Below, piece by piece: positions 59,362 to 64,000 of a DNA stretch of 64,000 nt; the stretch's first letter is position 1; every line of letters begins with the position of its first letter. The DNA lies in contig CM022670.1 of assembly GCA_012295275.1 (NCBI GenBank), positions 35,278,001-35,342,000 on the forward strand, read 5' to 3'. Below the pieces are notes generated by a model. It was not told the origin of the DNA and ran no database searches. It saw only the letters and a list, made by a program, of their open reading frames with translations. The stretch comes from Chrysomallon squamiferum. Its lineage: Eukaryota > Animalia > Mollusca. The position numbers and the translations under genes are program-made.

Positions 59362-62300
59362 TTTACAACATTAATTTCATATTGCAAAACTGAAAATCAC
59401 CCGGAAAACGAGTACATGTAGACACTAACACACACACACACACATATACAGACACATACACACGCACTCACAGCCACACACATAAACAGAGACACATACA
59501 CATACTATTTAAATTAAAGAAAACTCCATAAAGTATTTAATTTGTTACATCTAAGAAATCTTTTTTTCTTTCTTTTTTTTTTATCCTTTTTCGTCTTGAT
59601 AATTACTGTCAATAAAATATACACATAACATACCACGAGATTCAATTTCTTCTAATACTGTCTTTTTTTTTTTTCATTTAATTTCATTTCATTTAATTCT
59701 TTTTCGCTGACTTAGTTTAGATCAGTGTCAGTGAATGCCTGAACACAAAAGGAAAACAGTATTATATCAAACACTTTAACTTCACCTTCTCTGTCGAGAT
59801 GTTGTGATTCGTCATTGAAACTAAGAAACTGTTGGGGTGGTTTTTTGTGTTTTTTTTCCCTAACGTGAGATGCAGTCGACAGGTTGAAATTAGACACTGA
59901 TATGTTTTCTCACGAATGATGAAGAAATCCACTTTTTAGCAAAACGGGATTGCCAACGGTTCTGGCTGTTGTTACTGAAGCTATTGTGACCGTCGTATAA
60001 TACTAGACGAGTTAAGTTTTGTGCGTGTTCAATTCACTTTCAGGATGACCCCGAGTCAGAACTAAAATTGCTTTGATTTCGTTTGCTGTGAAATGAATTG
60101 TATTCGACTGTCGTTCTTCGCTATTCGCGTTATTCGCCATTCCGTTTCAAGTGTTATTTATCTTTCACATTTCTTTCATTTTTTTTTTTTCCGTGAGCAT
60201 TTTTTTAAATATATTTTTTGATTCATCTTCTTTGGATTGTTTTTATTTTGAAGTTCAGCATGCATTAGTTTGTTCTAGTTTTTTTTTCCAAATAAATATT
60301 TTATGTTTTAAATTTCTGTTTACTCATTTTATTTTTAACCTCATCTTAATTGCAATATTATACAGAGCAGAACCCCCAAAACAAACAAACACACCCCAAA
60401 AAAACAAAACAAAAGAAAAGAACAAAACATACAACAACAAAGAAACAAGGAAAAAACCAACCAAAAAAACCAAACTTTTCTCCTGACCTTTCCATTCTAA
60501 TTGAAAGAAGAAAACAAGAAAGAAAAAGAGTAAAAGTGAAAGATTAAAAATAACTTCAGTTAATAACTGATCTTTTTTTCGTTTATTTAACTCCGTCCTT
60601 TTCTTTTCTCTTTTTTTTCTTCTTCCCCTAATTATTTCCTGACAAACATTATCAAAAAGAAAGAAGAAAAAAAACAAAACACCAGGTCATTATTACGTTT
60701 GCTTGTCTTTCAAAAGATCCTGAAAGCCCAATTACAAAGAATAAAGACACGAAGTCCTCAACATGTTCGTATTTAACAGTAAAACATAAAACCAAATTTA
60801 GCAAATGACTCTTCGTAACAAGTTCTTCGTAGGCGTTAAAAAGTTGAGAGACGTCAGAGCACATTACCTTCAGGAGATGTTTATGTGTAGATGAAATGAT
60901 GATATTTTTTATTACTGGTAATTTATACTGAACGCAAAGGTACCTCTACAAAAACAACTGTACGACCGAACAGCAATACAAATGCATATACGCATAGTAA
61001 GTGTTAAGAAATACATGCTATTTTTTTCGTTTTCAAACGTACGGTATATAATAAAGTAGATTAGTGTCTGGATTGGGAAATAAATAAAATTAATTGAATT
61101 TAATAAAGACAACTGAGGACATAATTTTAAGAAAAACCAGTCCGACTCCCGATCATAACAGCTATAACAATAACGATAATAATAAACAGCTAATAAAATA
61201 ATGTTGTAATGATGATGATGATGATAATGATAATCATGGTAATGATGATGATATTGATGATGATAATAGAAGAAGAAGGACAAAACTGTTTTTCAAGGAT
61301 TTGGTTGATAAGACAGGCCTGGAATATGAGAAGATTGTAACATAACAATATCAGTGTCTGTAGACATCGTATAATATATTTTTATCCACAGAATGAATAC
61401 GAAGACTCACTATTCATGCTTCCTGAAGGTCAACGTATGAATACTTGAATAATTTAAGCTGTCAAACCTTTATTTTCGTTTACATAAAACATCAGACATG
61501 AACGAAAACGTCTAATGGATGTCTAAAAGTTTAACGAAAGAGAAACGAAAATGATTAGTCTAAAACGAGAGAATACATAATTAAGCGAACGAAATAAAAA
61601 AAGACGAAAACAGTTTTAGAGCGAACAATGAATATCCCATATGAGTATTACAAACAATACTAATTCAAAGGGAAAGCATAATTTAAGAATATCCCAAATT
61701 AGTAATCGTTACAGTTTCGAAATAACTAGTTTGATTATAAGCTTAAAAGAGATATTAAAATCAGCTTTGTTGGTTTATCGTTGGGATACACTACGCTAAA
61801 TTTTATAGCTGTTTGTTCAGACCTGCTGACAATAAGTTATTGTGGGGAATTGCGTTACGCCCACAGAAATCTCTCACCATAACGTTCAGGTTTCGTCAAA
61901 GCACAAAAACAACAAACTACTCTCCTTAACGCCATCCTAATTAGTGACGCATTACGCTATTTGGCCGTAAGCCGGGCTCCGCAGGTCAAACCACGTCTTG
62001 GGGAATCCATGCAAACTTAGAGTCTTTTTTTTGGTTTGTTAATAAAATGCTCATATCTCATGCCTAGCTTGGTACTCTCGCAATTATCAAAGTCGTTTAC
62101 AAATCTAATGAGCTCAGAACAAACGGAGGAGATGGCCGTCAGAGAGAAAAGACTTGATTGTTAGTTCTCGGAGATAAAATAGAAGTTATAATTGGCGCCT
62201 CGGGGGAACAGCAGCTGGTTATGTTTCCAGAATGAGTTCTCTGCTGTTTTGAAAGAAGAATTAGAAACGAACAGACAGAACCGACGTGAAGATATTGGCA

Positions 62301-62773
62301 TACACCGATTACTGTCTGCGATATCATGGTACATTTTTTCAAGAAATATCTAAAAAAAATTATACGACGCAAATCAAGCTTTCGTAAAAGAAGAATATTT
62401 GTGTAGCAAAACAGTGAATGATTCCTATAATCCCATTCATTCATGCATATGGTTAAAAACTATCCAGAAACAACGTATACCGTCATGCAATGGGATAATT
62501 GTTTCGTTTAGCGTCACGACACTGACCAGGAGGCAAATAGAGACATTTGATTCTCAGACCCATGGCACCTCAGCACAAAGGTTTAACCACTAAGTTAAAG
62601 CTAATAAGTGAAAAATTATTATTTTACTTTTTTAAAAGAATAAAAAGAAATAAAACAACTTTGATCCGTTTCAATACATTCCACCTTTCACTTGCTAAAA
62701 TCACGTAACATATTGAACAGCATTTGATCAAAAATTGAAAAGTGACCATCACTAAAACACACACACACACAGA

Positions 62774-62822
<49 letters not shown>

Positions 62823-64000
62823 AGACACATACACACACAGACACACACACACAGAGACACACATACACATCCACACACACAAAAACAAATTCATAGACAA
62901 ACAGTCACTTCTGCATGGCGAGTTTGAACGTCAGTTTTAAACTAGTTATTGTATTTGATAACAAAACTCTAACACCTGCTGACAAGCAGATTTTACAACG
63001 TACTGGTGTGCGGTTCGTAATGATGTGAATGACATTTGAAAGTGCATCTACATCGTTCTGCAAGATAATATTTCTTTAGATAATAAGCTTAGAACAGACA
63101 CTCGAACAGGCTCGGGTATTTTTTTTATTTTTTTATTTTTTTTTATTTTACAGTCTCTATCAGAGGCGGATTCAGGTTTCAGAGAAAAGAAGGTTATTGT
63201 GATGAAATAGTTTTAAAGATGAAATGTAATATAATGAAGAAAAAAAAGAACACATAAAAAACGACAGTCAGCAAATATAAGATGGGGGAAGGGCTGTCCA
63301 TATCACCTTAAAACCATCTTAATATCACTGTTCATTATTTTTTCTCATAAAAACACGAGAAAATCAGACTTCTTTCCTAGGTTATATTACTATTATTATT
63401 ATTATTATTATACTTTATTGTTAGTAAAGGTTGATTACCGTAATTTTGGATAAAATAGTATTAAAGTAAAGAAGATTTATTAGTCAGTGTGCATGTTTCA
63501 CAAATGAGCGCTTTAAAACAAAATCTTTGTATTTATCTCTATTAATTAATGAAAGAACCGTTTTTGTTTTTATTATTGTTATTTTTTTTTTCTGATTCGA
63601 GTTGCTACAGCGGCGAGATCCCAGAGACTACTGGGATAATAATTTTTATTAATATCGATATCTTCAGTAACACCCATTACAGTACTGTACACATACACTA
63701 AAGTCGAAATGTTCTGTACTGCAATAGACAAACGAATTCTGATACAGCTTTACTTTGAAAACAATGCAACATTTAAAGATTATATCAAGAACTGCTGGTA
63801 ACCACTAATCTTTTCCGTGACATTTACAAAACAAGCAAACACCCGTTGATAATTATGTTCAGGTTCACCTTGGCTTGTGTAAAGGTAACACAGAGACAAG
63901 TTTACAATCCTAATCAAACTGGATAAAGCAGTACGGAATATTCTTCGTTCGCTGATTACTTACAGGGGTTAGCAGCCATCTCGACTCTAAACTGCCAACC

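Overview
AT-rich, microsatellite-laden eukaryotic (animal) genomic DNA. It is probably a gastropod mollusc, inferred from a Meta/MESC-type SINE remnant and the gene sequences. Four protein-coding loci can be built by hand. (1) The 3' part of the meiotic crossover gene SHOC1/C9orf84 (+, 8 exons, 78-3812). (2) A convergent RPF1 Brix-domain gene (-, 9 exons, 8302-4217), which has a U12-type intron with AT-AG ends and an exon 4 that is recognisable but frame-broken in this sequence. (3) A PRXamide/neuromedin-U-family neuropeptide GPCR (-, 16065-12687) with a 1-nt homopolymer frameshift and a candidate distant non-coding first exon and promoter near 29 kb. (4) A GC-rich gene for a single-pass membrane protein with a KCNE/MinK-like TM and juxtamembrane pattern (-, 52585-52001). 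The rest is intronic or intergenic: MITEs (hAT and Tc1/mariner types), foldbacks, local duplications, 42-45 bp minisatellites and simple repeats, which explain nearly all other ORFs in the track. There is no CRISPR array, rRNA or tRNA, and no prokaryotic-type system is supported. The best novelty candidates are the KCNE-like protein, the AT-AG minor intron and a RUNX+YY1 motif minisatellite. All homology calls come from memory of the protein families, not from database searches.
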